A model generated the notes under the pieces. That model did not search any database, was not told where the DNA came from, and saw only the letters and a list, made by a program, of their open reading frames with translations. Shown piece by piece: positions 27,824 to 37,334 of a stretch of 64,000 nt of DNA. A program made the position numbers and the translations under genes. How positions within the stretch are numbered: position 1 is the first letter of the stretch; every line of letters starts with the position of its first letter. The DNA comes from an uncultured delta proteobacterium (GTDB lineage Bacteria; Desulfobacterota; Syntrophia; Syntrophales; UBA5619): assembly GCA_963817385.1 (NCBI GenBank), contig CAWFOM010000005.1, forward strand, positions 194,596 through 258,595, read 5' to 3'.

Positions 27824-29689
27824 TTAAAGGTCTTTTATACTATCTCCGAGGTCCAGCTTTTTCAAGGTCTCCGCTATGGGTTTACCGGTTTTGGGATCCC
27901 ATCCCATGAGGGTGTAATAATTTTCAATCATCCAATCCCATTTTTCCATGATATTTACCCCTTTCGCCGGACCATCGACCGGTATTGATCCATAGCGGGC
28001 GGAAGGACGCTCCAGTTCTTTCTTGAGACCGTGCCGGACGTTGAACATCCTCAACTGGTTGATGATACGTAGCCCTAACGTAAAAGCGTCCTCAAGGGTC
28101 CAGTTCCAGCCGGTGACTGCATTAAAGCATGCCAAGACCATTTTCGGGGCAGGTGATGCCAGCCGGCAGATGCCGACACAATCGTCAAATTGCCGGATAC
28201 CGTTGTATTTGGCGTTAAACGTGGAAATCTCTTCGTGTGAGAACTGATTCTCAACCGGCTCCATATTTACCAGCTCCGGTTGCACGCCCGCCCAGGTTGC
28301 CTCGATGGTGCCGGTGTTGGATAAACACGTGTCCATCAGTTCGAACCATCGGGTCTTCCCCCGATGATCATGCCCTCTGGGAGCAGCGCCTTTTTGCGTA
28401 TAGACCGCCCAATCTGCCGCTTCTCCACCTACTGTTCGGGAAGCCCGCATCACCCCTTCAGCAAGCAAATTCCCGAGATATCCCTCTCTTTTGGCGATAC
28501 GATTGAGAAGCTCCTTAACCGACTCCACCTTTCCCCAGGAAAGATCGAGGCCATCGGTATCCTTGGTAGTAAAGATGCCCTTCTCGAAGCATTCCATAGC
28601 CCAGCCGACGACCCAACTCGCTTCGTTACAATCTATCCCCAGTTTGTCCACCTCATTAGCGAGCATCACAACGGCGCCCAGGTCCGTGTTTCCGATTTGG
28701 GGGCCCCATGCCGAGAGTTGTTCATACTCAGGCTCTTCCCCAACAAACCCCGTGTAGGGACCTTCCGTGACGGTAGCTTCCTTGACGTGGGCAAGTCCGC
28801 ATTTATAACAGGGTTTAGAACGGATTTTAAAATGGGTTCTCAAATATTGACCGCTCATTCTCTCATGTTCGGGGAAAATGTTCGTGGTGTAATTCTTGAC
28901 CGGCAGGGATCCATCAGCATGGATTCTCGAAAAACTTCCGCCGGTGCCCCATTGATAATACTGTCCGCCCGCGCGAGTCTTTGCATACTCGATCAGCTCT
29001 TTGGCTTTCTCCTTGAGCAATCCTGGATCGAGTACGCCGAAGGCGGGTTTTGCCCGGTACGCCACGACCGCTTTGAGATTTTTTGAACCCATCACCGCCC
29101 CGAGACCGTTGTGCCCTGCCACGTGGCCTTCATCTCCCGTGATGCAGGCATAGCGAACCAAATTCTCGCCTGCGGGCCCAATGCCGTAAATGCTGACTTC
29201 CATCTTTTTTACCGCCAGATCGGATCGAATCTGACGCTCGGTGTCGCTGACATCCTTTCCTGCAAGATGTTCGGCATCATGAATCGTTGCGTTCCCGTCT
29301 TTGATGACCACGTAGATCAGTTTCGGGGATTTGCCCCTGAATATGATCCCGTCGTATCCGGAAAATTTCAGATAAGCGCCGAAGAATCCATTTGCCTGAG
29401 ACGAACCCGCAAGATTCGTCATCGGGCCCTTCGCCATAATATTTATTGTTGCAGCCCCCGCAACATCGGTCCCTGCTAAAGGTCCGGTGGTCCAGATCAA
29501 TCTGTTTTCCGCATCGGACCACTCTACCCCCGGAGGAACTTCCTCATATAGATACTTTGCCCCCAGGCCGACCCCACCAACCCATTTTTTGACATCAGCC
29601 AGACTCAATTCCTCTGATCCCGTCTTTCCGGTGGAAAGATCAATCCGTAAAACCTTTCCCGCATACCCGATACGTGTCAAGTCTGTCAT
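27824..29689 (-). CDS. aor: Aldehyde:ferredoxin oxidoreductase (tungstopterin AOR family)
   Basis: 621 aa with the N-terminus GYAGKVLRIDLSTGK...GGVGLGAKYLYEE and full-length AOR-family likeness. Confidence 0.93.
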   Translation of the reverse strand: MTDLTRIGYAGKVLRIDLSTGKTGSEELSLADVKKWVGGVGLGAKYLYEEVPPGVEWSDAENRLIWTTGPLAGTDVAGAATINIMAKGPMTNLAGSSQANGFFGAYLKFSGYDGIIFRGKSPKLIYVVIKDGNATIHDAEHLAGKDVSDTERQIRSDLAVKKMEVSIYGIGPAGENLVRYACITGDEGHVAGHNGLGAVMGSKNLKAVVAYRAKPAFGVLDPGLLKEKAKELIEYAKTRAGGQYYQWGTGGSFSRIHADGSLPVKNYTTNIFPEHERMSGQYLRTHFKIRSKPCYKCGLAHVKEATVTEGPYTGFVGEEPEYEQLSAWGPQIGNTDLGAVVMLANEVDKLGIDCNEASWVVGWAMECFEKGIFTTKDTDGLDLSWGKVESVKELLNRIAKREGYLGNLLAEGVMRASRTVGGEAADWAVYTQKGAAPRGHDHRGKTRWFELMDTCLSNTGTIEATWAGVQPELVNMEPVENQFSHEEISTFNAKYNGIRQFDDCVGICRLASPAPKMVLACFNAVTGWNWTLEDAFTLGLRIINQLRMFNVRHGLKKELERPSARYGSIPVDGPAKGVNIMEKWDWMIENYYTLMGWDPKTGKPIAETLKKLDLGDSIKDL

Positions 29690-29801
29690 GCTTTTTCTCC
29701 TTCAATCTCGTGGATCGATCACGGATGATATATCGTGGCTTCAGATTTCTACAACCACTATCATAATTATCTGAACGTTCATGTTCTTATGAACGGCAAC
29801 G

Positions 29802-30365
29802 TTATCGGGAACCGTTAACCCGATAACGGGATCTCCCCTCTTCGTAAAGATCACCGCCATATATATCGTTGATAACCGTCACCGGAAAATCCTGCACGTC
29901 GATCCGCCGGAGGGCCTCCGCCCCTAAATCTTCATAGGCGATGACCTCAACCCGCCTGATGCAGCGTGAAATCAGGGCGCCTGCGCCGCCGATGGCTCCA
30001 AGATAAACGGCCCCATATTTTTTCATCGCTTCCCGCACTTTCCGGGATCGCATCCCCTTGCCGACCATCCCTTTGAGCCCCTCGGCCATAAGCCGGGGGG
30101 AGTAGGCGTCCATCCGGTAACTGGACGTTGGTCCGGCGGATCCGACGATCTTCCCCGGTCTTGCCGGAGTCGGCCCCATGAAATAGATCACCTGGCCCTT
30201 CAGATCAACGGGAAGCCGCTCCCCCGCCTCCAGGGTTTCGATCATCCGTTTATGGGCCGCATCGCGTCCGACGTACATCACCCCCGTGAGAAGGAGCTCG
30301 TCGCCCGTATGGAGCGTTTCCACAACATCATCGCTCAGGGGGAGTTTTACCAGTCTGGCAATCAT
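29802..30365 (-). CDS. Class I (Fe-S) fumarate hydratase, beta subunit
   Basis: 187 aa with GVMYVGRDAAHKR and GPTSSYRMD motifs. It lies immediately downstream of the alpha subunit gene. Confidence 0.92.
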   Translation of the reverse strand: MIARLVKLPLSDDVVETLHTGDELLLTGVMYVGRDAAHKRMIETLEAGERLPVDLKGQVIYFMGPTPARPGKIVGSAGPTSSYRMDAYSPRLMAEGLKGMVGKGMRSRKVREAMKKYGAVYLGAIGGAGALISRCIRRVEVIAYEDLGAEALRRIDVQDFPVTVINDIYGGDLYEEGRSRYRVNGSR

Positions 30366-30380
30366 TCCCTCCTCCCTCCC

Positions 30381-31226
30381 TCAGAGAGTCGCTCCCCGGT
30401 GTCTGACACTGTGACATTGGAGATTAACCGCCACGGGAAGGGCGGCGATATGAGTGGGAAAGACCTCGACATGAACGGCCAGGGCGGTGATCCTCCCTCC
30501 GTAGCCCATAGCCCCGATCCCCAGGGCATTGACGCGGTTTAATATCTCGTTTTCGAGCCCGGCAATCTCGGAATCCGGGTGCGGATCGCCTACCCTGCGG
30601 AGAAGCGCCTGTTTAGCCAAGAGCATGCATTTTTCCGCAGTCCCCCCGATCCCCACACCGACGATAACGGGCGGACAGGGGTTGGCGCCCGCCGCATCGA
30701 CAGATTTCACGACAAAATCGATGACTCCCTGACGCCCCTCGGCGGGGGTCAGCATCGCGAGCCGGCTCATGTTCTCACTGCCAAACCCTTTCGAGAGGGC
30801 GGTAATTTTCAGCTTTTCGCCCGGTACTATCGCGGTATGGATCACCGCCGGCGTATTGTCCCCGGTGTTTGTTCTCACTGAAAACGGTTTCTCAACTATC
30901 GATTTGCGCAGGTATCCATCGGCATACGCACGACGCACGCCCCCCTGAACGGCCTCGTAAAGATCCCCTCCGATGACATGCACGTCCTGTCCCAGCTCCA
31001 GAAAAACTACCGCCATACCTGTGTCCTGGCATAACGGGACTTCATCCCCGGCCGCGGTTTGCGCGTTTTCCCGCAATTTGGCAAGCACGTTGCGAGCCGC
31101 CGGGGATTCTTCCCGTTCCTCCGCCAGCATGAGGGCGGTCATCACGTCTTCCGGGAGGTGGTAACAGGCATCCTGCAGAAGCGTGGAAATGGTTTCCGTC
31201 ACCAGGTTTGCATGGATTTCCCGCAT
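30381..31226 (-). CDS. Class I (Fe-S) fumarate hydratase, alpha subunit
   Basis: 281 aa with PLCQDTGMAVVF and GVGIGGT motifs. Confidence 0.92.
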   Translation of the reverse strand: MREIHANLVTETISTLLQDACYHLPEDVMTALMLAEEREESPAARNVLAKLRENAQTAAGDEVPLCQDTGMAVVFLELGQDVHVIGGDLYEAVQGGVRRAYADGYLRKSIVEKPFSVRTNTGDNTPAVIHTAIVPGEKLKITALSKGFGSENMSRLAMLTPAEGRQGVIDFVVKSVDAAGANPCPPVIVGVGIGGTAEKCMLLAKQALLRRVGDPHPDSEIAGLENEILNRVNALGIGAMGYGGRITALAVHVEVFPTHIAALPVAVNLQCHSVRHRGATL

Positions 31227-31302
31227 AGGGCCGCCTCTTCAGACCAGCGTTAATCGACCACCGGACAATCGGTAATCTTCAGGAGTTGGAACGATCCGGC
31301 CT

Positions 31303-32052
31303 TTACTTCTTCCCGGACAACTGCCCCGCCACCGAGGCGGTGGCCTTGGCAACGGCCTCCTGGTCGCCCAGGTAGTAGTGGTTGACGGCATGGAGCTGAT
31401 CATCCAGTTCATAGACGAGGGGGATCCCCGTCGGGATATTCAGCTCCGTGATCACCTCGTCGGGGATCTTGTCCAGATATTTCACCAGGGCGCGCATGCT
31501 GTTTCCGTGGGCCGCGATGAGGGCCCGTTTCCCCCTGCGGAGGTCCGGAACGATCACCTCATGCCAGTAGGGAAGGACCCGTTCGAGGGTGTTCTTGAGC
31601 GATTCCGTCCGCGGCACTTCTTCCGGCTTCAGACCCGCATATCGGGGATCTCGTCCCGGGAACCGTTCGTCCGACTCGTTGAGTGCCGGGGGGGGAGTAT
31701 CGTAGCTCCGCCGCCAGACATGCACCTGCTCCATCCCGAATTTTTCGGCGGTCTCCTTCTTGTTGAGCCCCTGCAGGGCGCCGTAATGGCGTTCGTTGAG
31801 CCTCCAGGAGCGGGTGACGGGGATCCACATCAGGTCCATCTCGTCCAGGGCGATCCAGAGCGTCCGGATCGCCCGCTTGAGGACCGATGTGTAGGCAAGG
31901 TCAAATACATGGCCTCTCTCCTTCAGGAGCCTTCCCGCCTCGTGCGCCTCGCGGATCCCCTGTTCGGTCAGATCGACGTCGGTCCAGCCGGTAAAACGGT
32001 TCTCCAGGTTCCAGGTGCTCTCCCCATGACGCAGTAAAACCAGCCTGATCAT
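31303..32052 (-). CDS. gpmA: 2,3-bisphosphoglycerate-dependent phosphoglycerate mutase
   Basis: 249 aa with [25 protein letters not shown] and a full-length match. Confidence 0.95.
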   Translation of the reverse strand: MIRLVLLRHGESTWNLENRFTGWTDVDLTEQGIREAHEAGRLLKERGHVFDLAYTSVLKRAIRTLWIALDEMDLMWIPVTRSWRLNERHYGALQGLNKKETAEKFGMEQVHVWRRSYDTPPPALNESDERFPGRDPRYAGLKPEEVPRTESLKNTLERVLPYWHEVIVPDLRRGKRALIAAHGNSMRALVKYLDKIPDEVITELNIPTGIPLVYELDDQLHAVNHYYLGDQEAVAKATASVAGQLSGKK

Positions 32053-32161
32053 CGCTCTCCTCCATTATGATTCATGAATGGTTTCTGAAGTTCATGCCGC
32101 TTCGACCGAAGTCTAAGAAGTATGGCATATCTTGAGAGTAACGGCAAGGGTCTAAAAGTGT

Positions 32162-32203
32162 CAAAAAAGGAAGAGGGCAGTCCCCGGGAAGGAACTGCCC
32201 TCT
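32162..32203 (-). terminator. Rho-independent terminator downstream of the 69-aa gene
   Basis: On the minus strand: AGAGGGCAGT-(12 nt loop)-ACTGCCCTCT followed by TCCTTTTTTG. Confidence 0.65.
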
Positions 32204-32345
32204 CTTTACCCATTGCAGGTGCGTCTTGAACCGCTCGCTTCATCGAGAAGCGGGGGCGGCGATAAAAAACCTGCCCGGATCCTGCACCCAAAACCGAACA
32301 AGCATCCGGCTCAGCCATGCATCGGGATGCTGTTACTCTTGTAGT

Positions 32346-32555
32346 CTAACCGACCTTGGGGGCCGTCTTGACCCGGCGGGATGATGTCAAAATCGGCCCC
32401 TCGGAGAAGACAATCACAATACCGATAAGGCAGACAAAGGCGCCGACAAACGCACAAATAATTTGGACGAATGTCGGTGGCTCAAAAACACTTATAAGAC
32501 ATAGCCCCGTAATTGCAACAATTATGGTAACGAGCCCACCCAGCTTTTCTAACAT
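32346..32555 (-). CDS. Small 2-TM membrane protein (69 aa), copy 1
   Basis: MLEKLGGLVTIIVAITGLCLISVFEPPTFVQIICAFVGAFVCLIGIVIVFSEGPILTSSRRVKTAPKVG. A GGGAGG RBS is present. 55 of 69 residues are identical to the ORF at 34817-35026. Confidence 0.65.
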   Translation of the reverse strand: MLEKLGGLVTIIVAITGLCLISVFEPPTFVQIICAFVGAFVCLIGIVIVFSEGPILTSSRRVKTAPKVG

Positions 32556-32676
32556 ATTTACCTCCCTGCATATGTGATTCGGAAAATCAGGATACCCTGG
32601 TCCGACTACCAGCACGGATCCTCGGACCAGATATGTAAGTGAATGATCGCTACTAATGTAGTTAATGATTACTTGT

Positions 32677-32706
32677 ATAATAGTTAATACTAACTTATAA
32701 TGTCAA
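32677..32706 (-). promoter_or_regulatory. Sigma70-like promoter for the 69-aa gene (TTGACA-18-TATTAT)
   Basis: Minus strand: TTGACA (32706-32701), 18-nt spacer, TATTAT (32682-32677). The spacer shares AAGTTAGT...CTATTA with the promoter at 33670-33698. Confidence 0.45.
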
Positions 32707-32978
32707 GGTAATTTTTAACAGATAATTTTTCAGGCGGAAGATAAAAAAAGTCCATGTCCAAACGGTGACAATGGATAAGTAGAATGATGCGTTGTTGAAA
32801 GTTCCATTAAATCCGATTTTCGTTATGAGAGGGAAAAGCGTTAACATGTTGGCTGGCTTGAGTTTGAGTGATATGGAGCCCGGCTCAAGCCAGCTAAAAA
32901 TTGCGGAAGAAGGCTGAGGAAGCGTGCATCTAAATTGCTGCAACCACTAAGGCCGGCGTTATGAAAGGAAGCCCAGCC

Positions 32979-33305
32979 ATGGAATGGAAGAAAATTGTGG
33001 CCATCATTCGAAAGGATAAGCTGCGAGACGTAGAAGAGTGCCTGAAAGATCTTCGGGTAAAAGGTATCAGTGTGACGAGGGGAAAAGGCTACGGGGAGTA
33101 TGCAAACTTTTTTTCATCGGACTGGTGCGTGATGCATGCCCGGATCGAGATATATTGTGAACCCTCACGAACGGACGGGATCATCCAGGCCATTATGGAT
33201 GCAGCCCATACCGGGTCGGCGGGCGATGGTATCGTGGCCTTGATTCCAGTGGAAAAGCTGTACAGGATTAGAAGCAAGACAGAAGCGAAATATGAGGAAG
33301 AATAG
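32979..33305 (+). CDS. P-II (GlnB)-family signal-transduction protein with a short, atypical T-loop
   Basis: MEWKKIVAIIRKDKLRDVEECL...GISVTRGKGYG...GDGIVALIPVEKLYRIRS matches the P-II fold signature. It is not next to amtB or glnA. Confidence 0.8.
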   Translation: MEWKKIVAIIRKDKLRDVEECLKDLRVKGISVTRGKGYGEYANFFSSDWCVMHARIEIYCEPSRTDGIIQAIMDAAHTGSAGDGIVALIPVEKLYRIRSKTEAKYEEE

Positions 33306-33428
33306 GGAATTAAGCTTTCCCCGCGGGCAGCGAAAAAATACCGTCGGGAAGACGCCGCGGCCGCAACGGCAGATAGCTACAGCAATTGAACCATCATGCC
33401 CACCGCCTTGACTGCGGTCGCAAAGTTC

Positions 33429-33590
33429 CTATGAGCCATACCGCCTCAGAAAGGCCATGACGAACACAAGCACAAAAAAAGCCATCCCAACACATGCTAA
33501 GGCGATTCGTATATATTTCTTGGTCTTGCTTTCCTCCTCAGGTTGAGCCGTCCCTATAACGTCCCGTAATACGCTGCGTACTTCTTTCAT
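33429..33590 (-). CDS. Small single-TM protein (53 aa), absent from the ORF track
   Basis: MKEVRSVLRDVIGTAQPEEESKTKKYIRIALACVGMAFFVLVFVMAFLRRYGS. A GGAGGTG RBS lies 4 nt upstream, and a strong promoter lies further upstream. Confidence 0.5.
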   Translation of the reverse strand: MKEVRSVLRDVIGTAQPEEESKTKKYIRIALACVGMAFFVLVFVMAFLRRYGS

Positions 33591-33669
33591 GTCACACCTC
33601 CAAAAATAGTTATCAGATATGTCGAGTCATACTGCTTGCCTTACGATACATAAGTTATTGTTTGTATAT

Positions 33670-33698
33670 TTAATAGTGAATGATAACTAACTTGTCAA
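33670..33698 (-). promoter_or_regulatory. Sigma70-like promoter for the 53-aa gene (TTGACA-17-TATTAA)
   Basis: Minus strand: TTGACA (33698-33693), 17-nt spacer AGTTAGTTATCATTCAC, TATTAA (33675-33670). Confidence 0.45.
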
Positions 33699-33843
33699 GA
33701 GGAATTGGTGCAGAGAAAAAAATGCGTTCTTGCGGGGAATGACTTCTATGCAACGGAGATTTTTGATGGACTCGTGGGAATGGGAGCGGCGACGCATCCT
33801 GCGGGTAAAAAATTGTCACCGAAGGCGAACCCGGCAGAGGATT

Positions 33844-34446
33844 TTAGCGACGGGCAACGGCGTCGCGGTAGATCTGCCAGAGGGAGGTGTACTTTTCGAT
33901 CAGCTTGAAGCTGCCCTCGCTGAGGGACCAGATGTTCACCAGTCCCTGGATGAGGGCGAAGAGCAATGTCGCTGAGGCCTCCAGGTCAATGTCTTTGCGG
34001 ACAGCGCCGTCTCGGACCCCGTCGGAGAGGAGTTCCTTCAGACGGGAGATGTATTTGCTGATCGCCTGAGACGCCTGTTTGTTAAGTTTTCGATCGCCGA
34101 GGCTGATGATCTCGGCAATGACCTGAAAGGAGATTCCCTTGCGCAGGTCGATTGCGGAAAAATGATTCCCGATGATTTTCTCGATGGTGTCGAGTGTAAC
34201 CGGTTCAGCACCCGCACGCTCCGGCGAGATGTCCCGGAGAAGGATCTCTTCGATATGGCTGAGCAGGAAGGAGAGGATACTCTTCTTGCTCGTGAAATGG
34301 CGGTAGATGGCCGCTTCGGAAATGCCGACCTGCGCGGCGATCCTCTTGACTGTTAGATGTTCGCTGCCGTATTTGAAGATCAGCTTCGCTGCGGCCTCGA
34401 TTATCTGCTGCTGCCTGAATTCCGTATTTTTTCTCTTTGTGACCAT
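33844..34446 (-). CDS. TetR/AcrR family transcriptional regulator
   Basis: It has the N-terminal HTH FRQQQIIEAAAKLIFKYGSEHLTVKRIAAQVGISEAAIYRHFTSK. The start is taken at the ATG at 34446, which has an AGGAG RBS. Confidence 0.9.
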   Translation of the reverse strand: MVTKRKNTEFRQQQIIEAAAKLIFKYGSEHLTVKRIAAQVGISEAAIYRHFTSKKSILSFLLSHIEEILLRDISPERAGAEPVTLDTIEKIIGNHFSAIDLRKGISFQVIAEIISLGDRKLNKQASQAISKYISRLKELLSDGVRDGAVRKDIDLEASATLLFALIQGLVNIWSLSEGSFKLIEKYTSLWQIYRDAVARR

Positions 34447-34582
34447 CGCCCCCGCTCCTGGAATAGATCCACCGGACCATGCCCCGGTCATTTGGCCAAA
34501 AAGCCGCGTTAGTTTTGACGTACCGGGGGTACGAACGTATCGGAAGTTTCACTGCACGGGGATGCAATAAAATATCGGTATC

Positions 34583-34611
34583 AATATAATGAACCGCGAG
34601 GACAAAATCAA
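34583..34611 (-). promoter_or_regulatory. Candidate promoter of the TetR gene (TTGATT-17-TATATT)
   Basis: Minus strand hexamers lie at 34611-34606 and 34588-34583. The palindrome CGTACC-ggg-GGTACG (34519-34533) lies between the promoter and the start codon and could be an operator. Confidence 0.35.
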
Positions 34612-34816
34612 ACTATTTTCTCTGATATACAAATGGGTGGGCTAAGGGGTTGTTGCCGTGATAAGATCAACGGGTGAGGCCCCACGGAACGGCCGGATGG
34701 CCCGACTGATCTGCTTCCCGTCGGGATTGGTGATCGCCACCATCGCCAGTAACAGCAGAACAAGCAATATCGGCAGAGTTTAGGAAAATCACATCGGAAG
34801 CCGTTACTCTTGTAGT

Positions 34817-35026
34817 CTAACCGACCTTGGGGGCCGTCTTGACCCGGCGGTCTTTTGTAAGAATCTGCCCCTCAGCGAAGCAAAACACAACGCCGATAAG
34901 ACAGACAAAGCTGCCGACTAACGCACAGATAATTTGGACGAATGTCGGCGGCTCAAAAACACTGATAAGCGCTAACCCTATGACTGCGACGACTATGGTA
35001 ACGAACCCACCCAGTTTTTCCAACAT
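34817..35026 (-). CDS. Small 2-TM membrane protein (69 aa), copy 2
   Basis: It is a paralog of 32346-32555. Nucleotide similarity extends about 25 nt past the stop codon (GTTACTCTTGTAGT shared). Confidence 0.65.
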   Translation of the reverse strand: MLEKLGGFVTIVVAVIGLALISVFEPPTFVQIICALVGSFVCLIGVVFCFAEGQILTKDRRVKTAPKVG

Positions 35027-35045
35027 ATTTGATCCCCCATTACGA

Positions 35046-35309
35046 CTAACATTGAAATCCGCTCGCGACGGGCGCGGAGCCGGAGACAGGTCGTATGATC
35101 GATTTGTTCCGTATATTCGGTTTTCGTTGACGAATCGTTGTCCGGACCATTAGCCTTTTCCCGAAGTGCACAATGGTGTAAAGCATGAGACAGCCGACGG
35201 CAATCACCAGACAAAAAATGATCATGGCATGCACGGGCAGCTTGGTGATCAGCGACCACAGAATGAAATTACCGGCGATGGCGCCGACTACAGACAAAAA
35301 ATGTCGCAT
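35046..35309 (-). CDS. Hypothetical small membrane protein (87 aa)
   Basis: An AGGAGG RBS lies 6 nt upstream. It has two hydrophobic helices. It lies between dctM and copy 2 of the 69-aa gene. Confidence 0.55.
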   Translation of the reverse strand: MRHFLSVVGAIAGNFILWSLITKLPVHAMIIFCLVIAVGCLMLYTIVHFGKRLMVRTTIRQRKPNIRNKSIIRPVSGSAPVASGFQC

Positions 35310-35395
35310 CTTTTTCCTCCTGATGGTGGTTTTCGCGAATCAGGCAATTTTCATCCCCGCGTCGGGCGTTGAAATTCCCGGCTCGGAAGCCTCTG

Positions 35396-37334
35396 TCATC
35401 CCTTGTACACCAGGGACGGCACCCACAGACCGATCTGCGGGAAGAGGTAGAGCAAAAGATCGCCAAGCACCTGGATCACCATGAACGGCAGCATCCCGAT
35501 GAAGATCTGGTTGAGCGTCACATGCGGCGGCGCCACCCCCTTCAGGTAGAAGGCGGCCATCGCCACCGGCGGCGAGAGGAACGCCGTCTGGAGGTTCAGG
35601 GCCACGAGCAGACCGAAGAAGAGCGGATCGATGTTAAAGTGCGCCAGGAGCGGGATGAAGATCGGCATGAAGATGACGATGATCTCGGTCCACTCCAGCG
35701 GCCAGCCGAGGAGGAAGATGATCACCTGCGCCAGGAGCATGAACTGGGTCGGCGTCATGTCCATCGATTTCACCCAGTCGTTGATGATCTCCTGACCGCC
35801 CAGGAGCGCGAAGGCCGCCGCGAAGATGCTCGAACCGATGAAGAGCCAGCAGACCATGGCCGAGGTCTTGGCGGTGAGGAAGACCGACTCCTTCACGACG
35901 GTGAAGTTGAGCTGTTTGTACGCGGCCGCCAGGACAAACCCCCCGAAGGAGCCCATCGCCGCCGCTTCGGTCGGGGTCGCGAGCCCCACGACGATCGTCC
36001 CGAGGACCCCGAGGATGATAAGGGCCAGCGGGAAGAACGATCCGAGGAGCATCTTGAAGATCTCGAGACGGGCGAAGGTGAAGATTACATAAAAGATCAC
36101 CGTCCCCGCCGCAACGATGCCGAATGTGATCCAGAACACCAGGGGGGGGCGTTACGAGGCGGCGCCGTCGGTGCGGCCGGGGCAGTCTCGGCCACGGCGG
36201 CAGGCGGCTGCGGGGCCTCCGGTGCGGCCGGGGCAACCTGCGTCGCCTGACCGGGTTCGGCCGGGGGCTCCGCCAGGCCCACCGCGCCTTCCGGCTCCTG
36301 GAGACTGCCGGTGTCGGTCGAGACCTCCGTGCTCTCCGTTGACGCCATACCCATCTCTTGCACTCCCGACGTGTCGATTAACGAGGGGGCCGTCGTCCAG
36401 AGGTAGATCACCAGAACGAAGAGCGCGGCCGCGCGCCAAAGGAAGGATGGCGATGATCAGGTGACTGACCAATGTCTTCATCGGAACGTCGGCGTTCCGC
36501 TTCCCCTTGATCGCGCCGATCAATCCCGACCATGACGTTGTTGCTCTTCTTGGAGATCACTTCCGCGAACTTGGGCAGATCGACGCGCTGCTCCTCCTCG
36601 GAGAGGGGCGGGGCGATGCTCGGCTTGAGCTTCGCGGAGATGATGATGTAGCCGAGATAGAGGGAGGTCAGCATGAGGCCGGGCAAAAAGGCCCCAGCGT
36701 AGAGCTGGACGACCGAGACGCCCGCGGTCGCGCCGTAGAGGATCAGGAGGACCGACGGCGGGATCAGGATGCCGAGGGTCCCCCCCGCGGTCACGACCCC
36801 CGCCGAGAGACGGATGCTGTATCCGGCCTTGAGCATCGCCGGAAAGGCAAGGAGGCCCATGAGCGTCACGACCGCGCCGATGATCCCGGTGGCGGTGGCG
36901 AAGATCGCGCAGGTGATGACCGTCGCGACGGCGAGCGACCCGGGGATCCGGGAGGTCGCCAGGTGGAGACTCTTGAAGAGCCTGCCGATCAGGTTGGCCC
37001 GTTCGACGAGGTACCCCATGAAGACGAAGAGCGGTATCGAGATCAGAACGTCGTTGTTCATGACGGCATAGGCCCGCTGCGACACCAGATCGAACGTATG
37101 GTCCACCGCCGTATTCGGGTTTTGGCTGTAATAGGCGAAAAAGGCGAACATCGTCCCCATCCCCATGAGGGTGAAGGCGGTGGGAAAGCCGAGCATGATC
37201 GCGATGACGATCATCGCCAGCATTAAAAGGCCCAGGTGGCCGTCGGTCCACTGTGACGGCGGGGGCATCATCCAGAACACGCCGATCACCACCAGTGCCA
37301 TGATAGATAATCCGAACCAGGCTTCTTTTCTCAT
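35396..37334 (-). pseudogene. dctM: TRAP transporter large permease (DctM, FcbT3-like) with a long internal insertion and three frame disruptions
   Basis: The N-terminal part is ORF 36408-37334 and the C-terminal part is ORF 35396-36139. The segments between them read sensibly only by switching frames at about 36524, about 36430 and in the G8 run at 36142-36149. The insertion contains a Pro/Ala/Glu/Thr-rich tract. Confidence 0.85.

Noticed and set aside
29776-29795. The hairpin CGTTCAT-n6-ATGAACG downstream of the fumarase beta gene as a terminator
   Set aside because: The 7-bp stem is AT-rich and is not followed by a clear U-tract on the minus strand. It is too weak to list as a feature.
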